Shown here piece by piece: positions 18,184-29,310 of a stretch of DNA of 64,000 bases. The translations under genes were made by a program, and so were the position numbers. Each line of letters opens with the position of its first letter. The first letter of the stretch is position 1. The notes under the pieces were generated by a model that was not told the origin of the DNA, did not search any database, and worked only from the letters and a program-made list of their open reading frames with translations. Source of the DNA: an uncultured bacterium (GTDB lineage Bacteria; Patescibacteriota; Saccharimonadia; UBA4664; SCTI01); NCBI GenBank assembly GCA_963721685.1, contig CAVRJJ010000001.1, positions 68,555 to 132,554 on the forward strand, read 5' to 3'.

Positions 18184-19974
18184 CTACTTCTTAGGGTCGT
18201 GGTAGCGGGTAATGTCGGCGTGATTGGTTGGGTTCGGTGCCGGGGAAGGGGGCGGTACCGAAGGATGCGCGGGTGTTGGAGGCATTATGTTATCCTCCGG
18301 TGATTCAACGTGGTTCAACCGGTCACGGGCACTTTGCAGGGGGTGTTCTTCCAGCGGGGCGGTTTCATAGTGCGGCGCAGGCGCGACCGTGGTGGTACCG
18401 GGTACCACTCCTGGTGTGGGTTTGGGAATGTAAGGGTTTCCGGCACTGGCGAGCGGGCCATTAGTATACATGGTTTCACTTTGCCGGCGGCGCATCATAA
18501 CGATGAATCCGCCCACGATGGCCGCTACTGCCGCGGCCAAAAGGATCCAAAGCCAGGCGCTGCCGCCACTTTTCACCGCTGCAAGGACCAAGGGCTTTTC
18601 AATTTCAAGGGTGCGGATATTTTGCTTTTCATCTACTGAAGAGTTCAGTAAGGAAGCCTTTTTACCGGTTACACTGACTATCTTCATTTTAGCGGCAGCT
18701 TGTTTGCCGGAGGCTTGGAAAACCACCCTGATTGGATTTTTATATTCAGTAATTTCATCGCCGGACTTATTTTTACAGGTGAGCGAGTTGGGTTTAATCA
18801 AACTGTTCTTGGGCGGAATAACGCTGCTTTCTGACACCGCGCAGGACAACTCTTCGCTAAATGTCCCGGCGCTAATCTCGTAGCACACGCTGTTATTGTC
18901 CGAGCATATAGTAGTAGCTTCCTCGGGAACAACATTGGCTTCAAAGTCGTTTGTTGCCAGTTCTGTAGTGGCGTATGGGCTGGCATTGCCGGCCGCATCG
19001 ATGGCCGCCACACGATAGTAGTATTTGGTGGCAAATTCAGTCGAGATGTCATCAAAATTAGCGGTTAAGCTTTCTTGAAGCACTACCCATTCGTCACCTC
19101 CAAGCGAGCGCTCAATTTTGTAGGTTGTCGCGTCACTAACCGTGTCCCAGGTAAGGGATACCACGCCGCTATCTTGGGTTGCTGCAAGGTTCTGTGGAGT
19201 TCCCGGCGGTGTTGTATCTGGTGCGGGCGCTGGTGTTGTTGGCTTAGTGCTGACAAACGGAATAGTGATCCCTCCCAGATTCGGTCTTGGCGTAGGACTA
19301 GGGGTTGGAGCGGGTGAAGGGCCGGGCTGAGGACTGGGGCTCGGGCCAGGAGGAGGCGGCGGCCCAGGTGGAGGAGGCGGCGGCCCAGGTGGAGGAGGCG
19401 GCGGCCCAGGTGGAGGAGGTGGAGGAGGTGGTGGTGGTGGTGGAGGTGGAGGAGGAGGAGGCGTCGGATCATCATACGTCATGTAATAGTAAAAAGGGCC
19501 GTTTGCGCCGCCATTGGTTAGTGTAAACGAATTGCTATTTACCTTATAAGGGGAGCCTGGGTGCTCATAATATCCGCCTTTAATCGCGTAGTAAATATAG
19601 TATTGCGCGGAGGAGCCGGGTGGGTTGGTCCCCGAAACCGGACACGTATAAAATACGGATGCCCCGTCACCATTGGTAATAGAATAGGCTCCATTACCGC
19701 TTGAAGATGACCGGCAATACCATGAAGCGTCTGGACTACCAAGCGAGGAACGTATTCTAATATCAACATTTGGAATTCCGCCACCGTGAACTGGGTCTAC
19801 AACATATAAAATCACATAATTGTTCCAGGCTGTAGGAGCGTTGTTGGCAAACGAATTGTAAACAACATATGTTCCCGTAACTGCCGATACTGCGGCAATA
19901 AGAAAAATCATCGCGGCATTCAAATGATGCAGCGACATGAGCTTGACTGACTTTTTGCTCCGCTTCATATGCAA
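18184..19974 (-). CDS. Type-I membrane cell-surface protein with a polyproline stalk and a fibronectin type III domain
   Basis: N-terminal signal/TM helix; a Tyr/Gly-rich N-terminal domain; a run of 17 Pro followed by GPPPPPP repeats and a PS/PT-rich linker; an FN3-like segment (LTWDTVSDATTYKIERS...YYYRVAAIDAAGNAS); a C-terminal TM (WLWILLAAAVAAIVGGFIVMM) followed by an RRR stop-transfer; a Pro-rich cytoplasmic tail. Confidence 0.7.
   Translation of the reverse strand: MHMKRSKKSVKLMSLHHLNAAMIFLIAAVSAVTGTYVVYNSFANNAPTAWNNYVILYVVDPVHGGGIPNVDIRIRSSLGSPDASWYCRSSSSGNGAYSITNGDGASVFYTCPVSGTNPPGSSAQYYIYYAIKGGYYEHPGSPYKVNSNSFTLTNGGANGPFYYYMTYDDPTPPPPPPPPPPPPPPPPPPGPPPPPPGPPPPPPGPPPPPGPSPSPQPGPSPAPTPSPTPRPNLGGITIPFVSTKPTTPAPAPDTTPPGTPQNLAATQDSGVVSLTWDTVSDATTYKIERSLGGDEWVVLQESLTANFDDISTEFATKYYYRVAAIDAAGNASPYATTELATNDFEANVVPEEATTICSDNNSVCYEISAGTFSEELSCAVSESSVIPPKNSLIKPNSLTCKNKSGDEITEYKNPIRVVFQASGKQAAAKMKIVSVTGKKASLLNSSVDEKQNIRTLEIEKPLVLAAVKSGGSAWLWILLAAAVAAIVGGFIVMMRRRQSETMYTNGPLASAGNPYIPKPTPGVVPGTTTVAPAPHYETAPLEEHPLQSARDRLNHVESPEDNIMPPTPAHPSVPPPSPAPNPTNHADITRYHDPKK
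19352..19418. repeat. 21-bp tandem repeat (about 3 copies of GGCGGCCCAGGTGGAGGAGGC) inside the polyproline coding region
   Basis: Direct reading of 19352-19418. On the minus strand it encodes (PPPPPGP)n. Confidence 0.8.
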
Positions 19975-20075
19975 ATAGTATATATTAAAACGGTTATGCT
20001 ATCAAACGATGTTCTGTTAAGCCAACAGATAGCCATGTATAATTTGGAGGTTACCCACAGCATAAGCATACGTTT

Positions 20076-20149
20076 GGCACCTTGGCGGAGTGGTTACGCA
20101 GAGGTCTGCAAAACCTTGTACACCGGTTCAATTCCGGTAGGTGCCTCCA
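20076..20149 (+). tRNA. tRNA-Cys (anticodon GCA)
   Basis: GGCACCT acceptor, anticodon stem GAGGT/ACCTT, loop CTGCAAA, T-loop GGTTCAATTCC, discriminator T, encoded CCA. Confidence 0.8.
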
Positions 20150-20236
20150 GGGAGAGTGGTGGAATGGTATACACGGCGGACTTAAAATCCGCTGCCTTAA
20201 TAAGGCTTGAGGGTTCGAGTCCCTCCTCTCCCACCA
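20150..20236 (+). tRNA. tRNA-Leu (anticodon TAA), starting immediately after the CCA of tRNA-Cys
   Basis: GGGAGAG acceptor, anticodon stem GCGGA/TCCGC, loop CTTAAAA, long variable arm, T-loop GGTTCGAGTCC, encoded CCA. Confidence 0.8.
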
Positions 20237-20314
20237 TAGTTGAAGTTACTGCTTGGTACTGCCAAAAGCTTTTAAAAACTGCTATAATAAGGTCCTAACA
20301 ATAAGGATATATTT

Positions 20315-20872
20315 TTGATGGAACTTTGGATTGTACTCGGAGTCATTGCGGTTATAGCAATTGCCTTGATCGTTATTTATAACGGTTTAGTGGGCGCGAA
20401 AAATCGGGTAGATGAGTCGTGGAGCGATATTAATGTCCAGCTGAAACGGCGCTATGACTTAATCCCGAACCTGGTAAACAGTGTCAAGGGCTATGCCACC
20501 CATGAATCAAAGGTGTTTCAGGATGTAACTACAGCCCGCAGCGCGGCCATGGGAGCTACCTCGGTTCAGGAAAAAGCCAAAGCTGAAAATATGCTCGCTG
20601 AAACTCTGAAAAGCTTGTTCGCGGTAAGTGAAGCTTACCCCGACCTAAAGGCCAGCCAGAATTTCCAGCAACTTTCCGCTGAACTGGTTGATACCGAAGA
20701 TAAGATTCAGGCAGCCCGGCGCTTTTACAATGGGAACGTCCGCGACTTTAACACCAAACTGCAAGTATTTCCTACCAATTTAGTAGGCGGCATGATGGGC
20801 TTTAAAGACCGTGAGTTCTTTGAGGCGGAGAACCAAACGGATATTGAAAAGCCGGTAGCTGTTCAGTTTTAA
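20315..20872 (+). CDS. lemA: LemA-family protein
   Basis: N-terminal TM helix, then GLVGAKNRVDESWSDINVQLKRRYDLIPNLV...YPDLKASQNF, the canonical LemA pattern. Confidence 0.8.
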   Translation: MMELWIVLGVIAVIAIALIVIYNGLVGAKNRVDESWSDINVQLKRRYDLIPNLVNSVKGYATHESKVFQDVTTARSAAMGATSVQEKAKAENMLAETLKSLFAVSEAYPDLKASQNFQQLSAELVDTEDKIQAARRFYNGNVRDFNTKLQVFPTNLVGGMMGFKDREFFEAENQTDIEKPVAVQF

Positions 20873-20890
20873 GGAGATCATGAGCTAGTC

Positions 20891-21385
20891 ATGGAAGATA
20901 TTACTAAGGCCTACTCCTGGAAAGATTCACTGGAGCTGTCAAAGCAGATCGTGCAACTATGTGAAGAATTTAGTGACGTGGAAACCAATGTCTTAGTATG
21001 GCATCTGCGCCAAGCGGTGGTGGATATTCCGGCAACGGTCGCGGCTGATTTAGCATCCAATCGCGGTGCTAACCTTGAGCCTTCAATTAAGTTGATGGCA
21101 GAGCTCGAGTTGGTGCACAAGATATATCCGGGTATCGATACCAGTGGCGCCGAGGACTTGCTGAAAAAGTTGCTCGAACGCATGCGCTCGGATCGGTTCG
21201 GTGAACGTGAAACCGATCCAGAGGAAACATTTTTCCCCGACTCAGATGAACAGGCCGAAGACGGACACCAAGACGACTCCCACCAAAACCCTCCCGAGAT
21301 GGCAACCCTCAAAATGGACGGGGTAAGCGGCCAACCGGTTATTACCAGCATTGACCCCACCCAATCAAATCACCACGAAGGCTGA
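20891..21385 (+). CDS. Four-helix-bundle protein (23S rRNA IVS-protein-like) with an acidic C-terminal tail
   Basis: ...HLRQAVVDIPATVAADLASNRG resembles the 'RRSAxSIPANIAEG' core of the four-helix-bundle family. Sits between lemA and htpX. Confidence 0.4.
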   Translation: MEDITKAYSWKDSLELSKQIVQLCEEFSDVETNVLVWHLRQAVVDIPATVAADLASNRGANLEPSIKLMAELELVHKIYPGIDTSGAEDLLKKLLERMRSDRFGERETDPEETFFPDSDEQAEDGHQDDSHQNPPEMATLKMDGVSGQPVITSIDPTQSNHHEG

Positions 21386-21388
21386 TTA

Positions 21389-22279
21389 ATGTATACTCAA
21401 ATTGCTTCTAACAAACGAAAATCATTCTTATTAGTTACCGTCTTTGTGATCCTCATCTCGGCGTTAGGCTATATCTACAGCTTGTATGCCAACCAGCCCG
21501 CTATATTTATCGCCGTCAGCGTTTTTGCATTACTTTATAGCCTGATAAGTTACCGCTTTTCAGCCAACATTGCGTTGGCTATCGCTGGTGCCCGGCCGGT
21601 TGAAAAGCAGGACGCGCCGGAGCTTTACCGCTTGGTAGAAAACCTGTCAATTACCGCCGGTTTACCAATGCCTAAGGTCTATATTATGGATGATCCGTCT
21701 CCCAACGCCTTCGCTACCGGCCGCAACCCTAAGAATGCCGTAGTGGCGGTTACTACCGGCTTGCTGGCGCTTCTGGATAAGCAGGAGTTGGAAGGAGTGA
21801 TAGCCCACGAACTTAGCCACGTGGGGAATTATGATATTCGTTTTATGGCAATTGTGATGGTGTTGGTGACGGTAGTCTCGATGATCAGCAACTTTTTCCT
21901 GCATATGAGTTGGTTTGGGGGCGGGCGCCGCGAAGGCGGGGGAAATCCGATTGTGGCGATTATTGCTATTGTGGCGTCATTATTGGCGCCGCTGGTTGCC
22001 GCTTTGTTGCAGTTGGCCGTTTCGCGCAAACGTGAGTATCTGGCCGACGCGTCCGGAGCCTTATTAACCCGTTATCCGGAAGGTCTTGCCAGCGCGCTGG
22101 AAAAAATTGCGGCGGCTAGCGAACGCCAACCTATGGCCCACGCTTCTACCGCAAATGCCCACATGTATTTTTCCAACCCCCTTTCGGGCGCCAAATCGTT
22201 TACCGCAAGTTTATTTAGCACCCACCCGCCGGCCGAGGAACGGATAAAGCGGCTACGTGAAATGGGCACAAAGGTATAA
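21389..22279 (+). CDS. htpX: Zinc metalloprotease HtpX (M48 family)
   Basis: HELSHV zinc motif, four TM helices, and a downstream EYLADASGALLT (third zinc ligand region). Confidence 0.85.
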   Translation: MYTQIASNKRKSFLLVTVFVILISALGYIYSLYANQPAIFIAVSVFALLYSLISYRFSANIALAIAGARPVEKQDAPELYRLVENLSITAGLPMPKVYIMDDPSPNAFATGRNPKNAVVAVTTGLLALLDKQELEGVIAHELSHVGNYDIRFMAIVMVLVTVVSMISNFFLHMSWFGGGRREGGGNPIVAIIAIVASLLAPLVAALLQLAVSRKREYLADASGALLTRYPEGLASALEKIAAASERQPMAHASTANAHMYFSNPLSGAKSFTASLFSTHPPAEERIKRLREMGTKV

Positions 22280-22281
22280 GC

Positions 22282-25052
<2,771 letters not shown>

Positions 25053-25115
25053 TCCGCGCCTATTCAGGGCAAGTCAGCTTTGCTCGGTTAAGCCAAAATC
25101 GCTACAATACAAGGT

Positions 25116-25412
25116 ATGGCAAAAATAACGGTTGAAGAAGTGCGGCGCATTGCCGCACTTGCTACTATAGGACTGGAAGAACATGAGCTTGAGCCGATGG
25201 CCCGGGAGCTTGACCGTATCATGCAGTTTGTGGAGCAGCTCCAGCAGGTTGATACCACCGACGTAGTAACTACAGACCAAGTAACTGGCCTGGTTGATGT
25301 CTGGCGTCCGGACGAAGTGCATTCATCTTATAGCAGAGAAGAGCTCCTGGCCAACGCCCCTGAGCAGCAAGACGGTTTTTTTAAAGTAAGGCGGGTGCTG
25401 GAAAATGATTGA
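25116..25412 (+). CDS. gatC: Asp/Glu-tRNA(Asn/Gln) amidotransferase subunit C
   Basis: 98 aa; VRRIAALATIGLEEHELEPMAREL...VDTTDV is the GatC pattern. Overlaps gatA by 8 nt. Confidence 0.8.
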   Translation: MAKITVEEVRRIAALATIGLEEHELEPMARELDRIMQFVEQLQQVDTTDVVTTDQVTGLVDVWRPDEVHSSYSREELLANAPEQQDGFFKVRRVLEND

Positions 25413-26829
25413 TTTGCAACGCCCAGTAGCCGAGCTGGCAGCTGAAGCGGCGGCGGGCAAGATTAGCGCTACCGAGTTGGTACAGGCAAGTTTGGACGCG
25501 ATTGAGGCGAACCAGGACTACCACGCAATCCTTGAGGTAAATTCGGAAGCGCTGGCGCTTGCTAAAGCTTGGGACGGGCAGCACAAAGCGGGAAAGAAAC
25601 CGGGACGCCTTGGCGGCATCCCCTTTATCGCTAAAGACAACTTTCTTACGGCCCGCACCCATACCACAGCGTCCAGCAACATCTTGAAACCATTTAAGGC
25701 CCCGTACCAATCCACCGCGGTTGAGCGGATTGAAGCTGAAGGCGCGATTATGGTGGCTAAGGCCAATCTTGACGCCTTTGCGCATGGCTCATCAACTGAA
25801 AACAGCGACTTTGGCCCTACCAAAAATCCCGTTGACCCCTCTAGGGTGCCCGGCGGCTCTTCCGGCGGCTCGGCGTCGGCGGTAGCGTTGGGTCTTGCTT
25901 GCTTTGCCCTTGGAACCGATACCGGCGGCTCAATCCGGCAGCCAGCGGCTTTTTGCGGCGTGGTTGGGTATAAGCCAACCTACGGCTTAGTATCGCGCTA
26001 TGGAGTCATTGCCATGGGCAGTTCGGTAGACGTTATCGGCCCCCTAGCCAACCGGGTGGCCGACGCGGCCTTGGTGCTTGATGTAATGGCCGGCAAAGAT
26101 GCCCATGACGCAACCACCATTGAAAGGGATACTGAAAGTTATGTGCCCCAGAAACCGATTGATCTGCATGGAAAAAAAATCGGCTTAATCAAGGAATACA
26201 TGGGTAAAGGGACCGCGCCCGAGGTATTAGCAGCGGTTACCGCGGCGGCGGAGCGGCTAACCAAAGCCGGTGCCACCGTTAGTGAGATTAGCCTACCCAG
26301 CGTAGATTTGGCACTAGCTTGTTATTACGTGTTAATTCCAGCCGAGCTTAGCTCTAATTTAGCCCGCCATGACGGTATACGGTATGGCCACAGTTCAAAA
26401 AAGGCCAAGTCGCTAGCGGAAACCTATCTTCTTAGCCGCGATGAAGGTTTTGGCGATGAAGCTAAGCGCCGTATTATGATTGGCACCTATGTGTTATCCA
26501 GCGGGTATTATGACGCCTATTACAAGAAAGCCCAAAAGGTACGCACACTGCTTATTCGTGAGCTTGAAGCCGCCTTCAAGAACTTTGATTTTCTATTGAG
26601 TCCCACTGCCCCAACCACCGCTTTTAAGCTAGGTGAAAAAAACCAGGACCCGCTCGCCATGTATATGAGTGATGTTGATACGGTGGCGGTTAACATGGTA
26701 GGCTCAGCCGGAATTAGTATTCCAGCGCCGGTTAACGGCCTTCCTATTGGCATCCAGCTTATCGGACCCCAGCACGGCGACCGTAAGCTGCTGGCGGCGG
26801 CACAAGCGCTTGAGGAACTGCTGGTATGA
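25405..26829 (+). CDS. gatA: Asp/Glu-tRNA(Asn/Gln) amidotransferase subunit A
   Basis: Amidase signature GGSSGGSASAVA and the catalytic Ser-cisSer-Lys context (KDNF..., GTDTGGSIRQPA). Confidence 0.9.
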   Translation: MIDLQRPVAELAAEAAAGKISATELVQASLDAIEANQDYHAILEVNSEALALAKAWDGQHKAGKKPGRLGGIPFIAKDNFLTARTHTTASSNILKPFKAPYQSTAVERIEAEGAIMVAKANLDAFAHGSSTENSDFGPTKNPVDPSRVPGGSSGGSASAVALGLACFALGTDTGGSIRQPAAFCGVVGYKPTYGLVSRYGVIAMGSSVDVIGPLANRVADAALVLDVMAGKDAHDATTIERDTESYVPQKPIDLHGKKIGLIKEYMGKGTAPEVLAAVTAAAERLTKAGATVSEISLPSVDLALACYYVLIPAELSSNLARHDGIRYGHSSKKAKSLAETYLLSRDEGFGDEAKRRIMIGTYVLSSGYYDAYYKKAQKVRTLLIRELEAAFKNFDFLLSPTAPTTAFKLGEKNQDPLAMYMSDVDTVAVNMVGSAGISIPAPVNGLPIGIQLIGPQHGDRKLLAAAQALEELLV

Positions 26830-27266
26830 GCGGCTTTCTATTCCTCGTTATCATCCTGGGAGTCGCCTTGTTAACACTCATGGTTGTTAGCCAATCGAGG
26901 CCAAATCGCAAGCGCTCGGCGAACGGTTCGCAAAGCGCTGGGTCGCTTGATAAAGAGTTTGTGGCGCGTAAATGGGAAACCATTGAGCAGCTATTAACAC
27001 AAGGGGGCAGCGGTATGCGCGACGCCGTGAGCGAAGCCGACAAGCTGCTGGATTATGCCTTAAAGCATTCAGGTGTCCGCGGCGATACCATGGGTGAACG
27101 CTTAAAAAATGCCGGAAACCGGTTCAGTGATATTAATGCTATTTGGAGCGCCCATAAGGTACGTAATGCCTTGGCCCATGAAGCCGATTTCGATTTGGTT
27201 CCCAGCCAAGCCAAAGAAGCGATTAGCAATTTCCGAGCCGGGTTGAAGGACTTGGGCGCGCTATGA
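26826..27266 (+). CDS. Membrane-anchored hypothetical protein with an Rx4H (HEPN-like) motif
   Basis: N-terminal TM helix, then a helical domain ending ...IWSAHKVRNALAHEADF (R-x4-H). Overlaps gatA and the downstream gene by 4 nt each. Confidence 0.4.
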   Translation: MSGFLFLVIILGVALLTLMVVSQSRPNRKRSANGSQSAGSLDKEFVARKWETIEQLLTQGGSGMRDAVSEADKLLDYALKHSGVRGDTMGERLKNAGNRFSDINAIWSAHKVRNALAHEADFDLVPSQAKEAISNFRAGLKDLGAL

Positions 27267-27847
27267 AAACGATTTATTACGTTAGGCACGGCCAAAGTGA
27301 AGCCAACTCGCGCAAGCTGTTTGGCGGTTCAATGAATACACCTCTTACGGAATTAGGACGTGAGCAAGCAAAAACTATTGGGCACACTATCCTTGAAGGC
27401 GGATTCAAAGTTGACGCGGTGATCGCCAGCACCCTTGATAGGGCATCGGATACCGCCCAGCTGGCCGCCGCGGAATTCAACTTCCCTCTCGACAAAATCG
27501 AGTATGACGATCGGCTTCGGGAAATTAATTGCGGTAAATTTGAGGGCCAGGAGTTCTCACCGGATAACATAGTAAAACGCGACGCGGAGTTTGTCATTGA
27601 AAACAATCAGTCCGGGGTGGAGTCAATAGGGCCGTTACTTAATCGATTGCGCAGCTTTAAAAGCGATATTGAAAAGCGGCCGGAGGAGACTATCTTCATT
27701 TTCAGCCACGCCTTTGTTGGGCGGATGTTCCAACGCCTATTTGCCGACATTGAGCTAACTAAAAAAATACCCTTTCCTAAAAACGCCACTTTGCTTCAGC
27801 TTTATCCGTCGGTTGAGCTTGAAGATACGCAGGATCTGCTGTTATGA
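27263..27847 (+). CDS. Histidine phosphatase superfamily protein (phosphoglycerate-mutase-like)
   Basis: The N-terminal RHGQSEAN catalytic motif is present, with a second His in a downstream ...SHAF segment. Confidence 0.7.
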   Translation: MKTIYYVRHGQSEANSRKLFGGSMNTPLTELGREQAKTIGHTILEGGFKVDAVIASTLDRASDTAQLAAAEFNFPLDKIEYDDRLREINCGKFEGQEFSPDNIVKRDAEFVIENNQSGVESIGPLLNRLRSFKSDIEKRPEETIFIFSHAFVGRMFQRLFADIELTKKIPFPKNATLLQLYPSVELEDTQDLLL

Positions 27848-29307
27848 GCAAGTATGAAACAGTCATTGGGATAGAATGTCATGTGCAGTTGGCTACCAAG
27901 AGTAAACTTTTTTGTTCGTGCAATAATGATTCCCGCGATGCTGAGCCAAATAGTAACGTTTGTCCGGTATGTCTCGGATTCCCAGGTGCATTGCCGGTGT
28001 TGAACGGCGCGGCGGTACACTTAGCACTCAAGGCTGGCTATGCCCTGCACGCTTATGACAACGTAGCGGAATTTCACTCGAAGTTTGACCGCAAAAATTA
28101 CTTCTACCCGGATAGCCCCAAGAATTACCAAATCACGCAGTTTGATGAGCCAATTGTTGGGACCGGATATGTAGAGTTTCCGGTTGATGGCAAGGTTAAG
28201 CGCGTAGGAATTACCCGGGCTCACCTGGAAGGTGATGCCGGGAAGCTGGTTCATCCGCCTGGCGCGGACTATTCCCTAGTAGACCTTAACCGTTCGGATA
28301 CACCGCTTCTAGAGATTGTTTCCGAGCCGGATATGCGCGGGGCGGCCGAAGCTAAAGCTTACACGCAAGAGCTTTACAACTTAATGCGCTACGCCGAGGT
28401 TAGTGACGCTAACTTGTACTACGGTAACATGCGTTTTGATGTGAATGTCAGCCTAAGGCCCGCCGGTTCGTCTGATTTTGGTACACGCACCGAAACCAAA
28501 AACCTTAACTCGTTCCGGGCAGTGTCGGATGTAATCGAATATGAAGAAAAGCGGCAGGCCGATTTGCTCGACCGCGGTGAAAAAGTACTTCAGGAGACGC
28601 GAGGATGGGATGAAACTAAAAATGCTACATTCTCCCAGCGCAGTAAAGAGCAAGCGCATGACTACCGCTATTTTCCCGAACCTGACCTACCGCCTCTGGT
28701 TATAACTGCCGATATGTTAGACGAAGCCAAAAAGTCCATGCCCGCTGTAATGCCTAACGATCTGCGCCTAATGATGGGTGAGGCTGGTATTGGCACCTCC
28801 GACTCGGAGACACTCATTGGAGACTTGGCGCTTTCACATATTTTTCAAACCGCCACCGACAATCAAGACCTAGCGGTAAAGACCCAAATTGTAAAATGGC
28901 TACTGGGTGAATTCCCGCGTTTGCTCACCCCCGGAACGGCGGTTGAGCTTGAGCAAGCTTGGGTAGATAAGGTTTCAGTTTCACTAAGGGCCTTAGCGCT
29001 CATGCAGCAGGAGGGGACGGTAAGTTCTACGGCCGCGAAGCAAGTGCTGACAAAGCTGGTTGAGCAGGGTGGGGGAGATCCGCGAAAACTTGCCGACGAA
29101 ATGAAGTTAATCCAGGTTTCAGATACCGGCGCCCTAGAGAAGATAGCCGATGAAGTATTGGCCGCAAACCCGAAACCGGTTGACGATTATAAAGCTGGAG
29201 AAACCAAGGCGTTAGGCTTTTTGGTCGGACAAGTTATGAAAGCCTCAAAAGGACAGGCTAATCCGCCTATGGTTAATGCTATACTAAAAAAGAAACTAGG
29301 AGATTAG
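27844..29307 (+). CDS. gatB: Asp/Glu-tRNA(Asn/Gln) amidotransferase subunit B
   Basis: IGIECHVQL...CPVCLGFPGALP...TRAHLEEDAGK... plus a C-terminal GatB/YqeY domain. Confidence 0.9.
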   Translation: MSKYETVIGIECHVQLATKSKLFCSCNNDSRDAEPNSNVCPVCLGFPGALPVLNGAAVHLALKAGYALHAYDNVAEFHSKFDRKNYFYPDSPKNYQITQFDEPIVGTGYVEFPVDGKVKRVGITRAHLEGDAGKLVHPPGADYSLVDLNRSDTPLLEIVSEPDMRGAAEAKAYTQELYNLMRYAEVSDANLYYGNMRFDVNVSLRPAGSSDFGTRTETKNLNSFRAVSDVIEYEEKRQADLLDRGEKVLQETRGWDETKNATFSQRSKEQAHDYRYFPEPDLPPLVITADMLDEAKKSMPAVMPNDLRLMMGEAGIGTSDSETLIGDLALSHIFQTATDNQDLAVKTQIVKWLLGEFPRLLTPGTAVELEQAWVDKVSVSLRALALMQQEGTVSSTAAKQVLTKLVEQGGGDPRKLADEMKLIQVSDTGALEKIADEVLAANPKPVDDYKAGETKALGFLVGQVMKASKGQANPPMVNAILKKKLGD

Positions 29308-29310
29308 CAG

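Noticed and set aside
19340-19460. Possible CRISPR-like array (regular short repeats)
   Set aside because: The repeats are 21-bp in-frame units inside a long ORF encoding polyproline. There are no spacers of unique sequence and no cas genes, so this is not a CRISPR.
19969-20298. 109-aa + strand ORF
   Set aside because: It lies entirely over tRNA-Cys and tRNA-Leu(TAA) and the surface-protein promoter region. It is an artefact of an open frame through structured RNA genes.
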